Virus record (IMG/VR): IMGVR_UViG_3300025133_000125
Span: 1 to 57,157 of that record
DNA length: 57,157 bases
Strand: one strand, 5' to 3'
Origin: a virus
Taxonomy: Duplodnaviria > Caudoviricetes
Shown here one piece after another: positions 56,031-57,157 of the stretch. The stretch's first letter is position 1. Each line of letters opens with the position of its first letter. A model generated the notes under the pieces. That model worked only from the letters and a program-made list of their open reading frames with translations. It searched no databases and was not told the DNA's origin. The translations under genes were made by a program, and so were the position numbers.

Positions 56031-56267
56031 CTAATCTAAAAACATATCCCCTACTTCAATATCATCATAATCAGAAATCTCATCTAAGCCATCTGAAGTA
56101 TTCTCAATATCACCTACTAAGTATGCAAGATAGTTGTCATCAGGACCGGTATTCACCCAATTAGTTTTTCTATCATCCTCGCCAACAGTAATTTTAACTG
56201 TTGTGCCATCGTTCTGCATATCAAGCAATGCTTGCATAGCAGCACTATTTTTCTTACCCTTAGTCAT
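56031..56267 (-). CDS. Hypothetical acidic protein
   Basis: GAGG SD; coupled ORF. Confidence 0.6.
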   Translation of the reverse strand: MTKGKKNSAAMQALLDMQNDGTTVKITVGEDDRKTNWVNTGPDDNYLAYLVGDIENTSDGLDEISDYDDIEVGDMFLD

Positions 56268-56527
56268 TAAGATAACCTCAACATTGTTGCAGGAACATTA
56301 TATCTCATTGACCCATCAAGAATATCAACTTCGATATATTTTCTTTTTACTTTAAAAACCACACCCGGCTCTGTACGACCATTATTTTCAAAAGTGACAT
56401 TGTCACCTTTAACAAATGATTTGGCAGCAGCTGCACCTAAAGCTTGTCTACGTCTTTTGATAACACCGATTAATGTGTTAATCTCATCAGTGTTCATAGA
56501 GTTGATTTTTTTAATTATGTTATTCAT
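56267..56527 (-). CDS. Small SH3-like early protein
   Basis: FVKGDNVTF..GVVFKVKRKYIEV..YNVPATML; GAGG SD; downstream of a promoter. Confidence 0.65.
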   Translation of the reverse strand: MNNIIKKINSMNTDEINTLIGVIKRRRQALGAAAAKSFVKGDNVTFENNGRTEPGVVFKVKRKYIEVDILDGSMRYNVPATMLRLS

Positions 56528-56555
56528 TTATGTAACCTCTTGTTGTATTTGTTAT

Positions 56556-56589
56556 TAGAATATAGGCATTCTGCGCTTAAGATGAAAGG
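56556..56589 (-). promoter_or_regulatory. Putative sigma70-like early promoter
   Basis: CCTTTCAT-N17-TATATT-CTA; same architecture as 44293 and 49482. Confidence 0.5.
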
Positions 56590-56606
56590 ACTATTTTCAC
56601 TTTTTT

Positions 56607-56765
56607 TCACTTTTTTTCATATAATGCTAAGTAACTTTTAAAACGTTTAACTATAGATTTAGCTATTATATTGCGCGCTTTATCGTCTTCCCACTTGGCA
56701 CGTTGATGTGCTTGTAGGGATGTCTCTATTATATCTTGTAGTTTAGCTAAATGCTCTTGTTTCAT
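56607..56765 (-). CDS. Hypothetical protein (likely start MKQEH)
   Basis: ATGA overlap with the upstream gene. Confidence 0.5.
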   Translation of the reverse strand: MKQEHLAKLQDIIETSLQAHQRAKWEDDKARNIIAKSIVKRFKSYLALYEKK

Positions 56766-56974
56766 AATACTATTCCGGCGGATATTACTAATCCTATCGC
56801 TAGCCAAACTATAATTGACCACCATTTAGGCATTAAATCTTTATAGTTCTTTTGTTGTGATTTAAGCAAACGTTTCTTTTCTAATTCTAATGACATTCCA
56901 TGAATCCAATTCATTGGTCGTTGTGCAGGTGTCACAAAACCTTTTGTTCTTCCTTTATCTTTATGTCTCTTCAT
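56762..56974 (-). CDS. Small C-terminally anchored membrane protein
   Basis: AAGGAG SD; C-terminal TM. Confidence 0.6.
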   Translation of the reverse strand: MKRHKDKGRTKGFVTPAQRPMNWIHGMSLELEKKRLLKSQQKNYKDLMPKWWSIIVWLAIGLVISAGIVL

Positions 56975-56986
56975 TGCATTTCTCCT

Positions 56987-57157
56987 TTACCACGTCCATC
57001 CCATTACTATAAAATGAAAGAAGACGTATCCTAATAGTGCGATTAAAAACATCTTAAAATACTCCCCTCTTTCATCAGCAGCTGTAAATGAAATCTTACC
57101 CCTCGTATACTTGTCCTCTCTTGTTACTCTCTTTTTCCCATACCAGTTTCTAGCCAT
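56987..57157 (-). CDS. Small membrane protein (56 aa; not in track; at the window edge)
   Basis: MARNWYGKKRVTREDKYTRG...FKMFLIALLGYVFFHFIVMGWTW. Confidence 0.5.
   Translation of the reverse strand: MARNWYGKKRVTREDKYTRGKISFTAADERGEYFKMFLIALLGYVFFHFIVMGWTW

Noticed and set aside
1781-56355. Many + strand ORFs in the track, plus short alternative-frame minus ORFs such as 6437..6670, 21829..22011, 24338..24601 and 35015..35272
   Set aside because: They lie wholly within or antisense to well-supported minus-strand genes, have shadow-like composition, and show no motifs.
1-57157. Stop-codon reassignment as seen in some large phages
   Set aside because: Genes are full length in code 11, and TAA, TAG and TGA all end closely packed genes.

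Overview
AT-rich fragment of a large tailed phage genome, probably a contractile-tailed myovirus. The host is inferred to be an aquatic diderm bacterium, possibly from the FCB group. Almost all real genes lie on the minus strand in standard code, and nearly all + strand ORFs in the track are antisense shadows. In transcription order (right to left) the window holds: small early genes and an ATP-dependent DNA ligase; a class-3 lipase with a beta-barrel and membrane proteins; Hsp20 behind a sigma54-like promoter; a SLOG protein, peptide deformylase and an SRPBCC protein; a tmRNA with an unusually long (37-codon) tag; 3D-domain, HD-domain and sigma-like genes; a baseplate module (gp5-, gp25-, gp6-like and a 2476-aa wedge protein); an envelope cassette (beta-barrel, lipoprotein, MshEN-TM protein, Cys-less thioredoxin, holins); an array of putative head-packaged proteins with shared MIKLxxLL leaders and ESVNE linkers, plus an Hc1 histone-like protein; a resolvase, a primase and a fused Mre11-Rad50 (SbcDC); and a >2370-aa tail fibre gene, absent from the ORF track, that runs off the left edge. 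All product calls come from motifs recognised by eye; no database searches were run.
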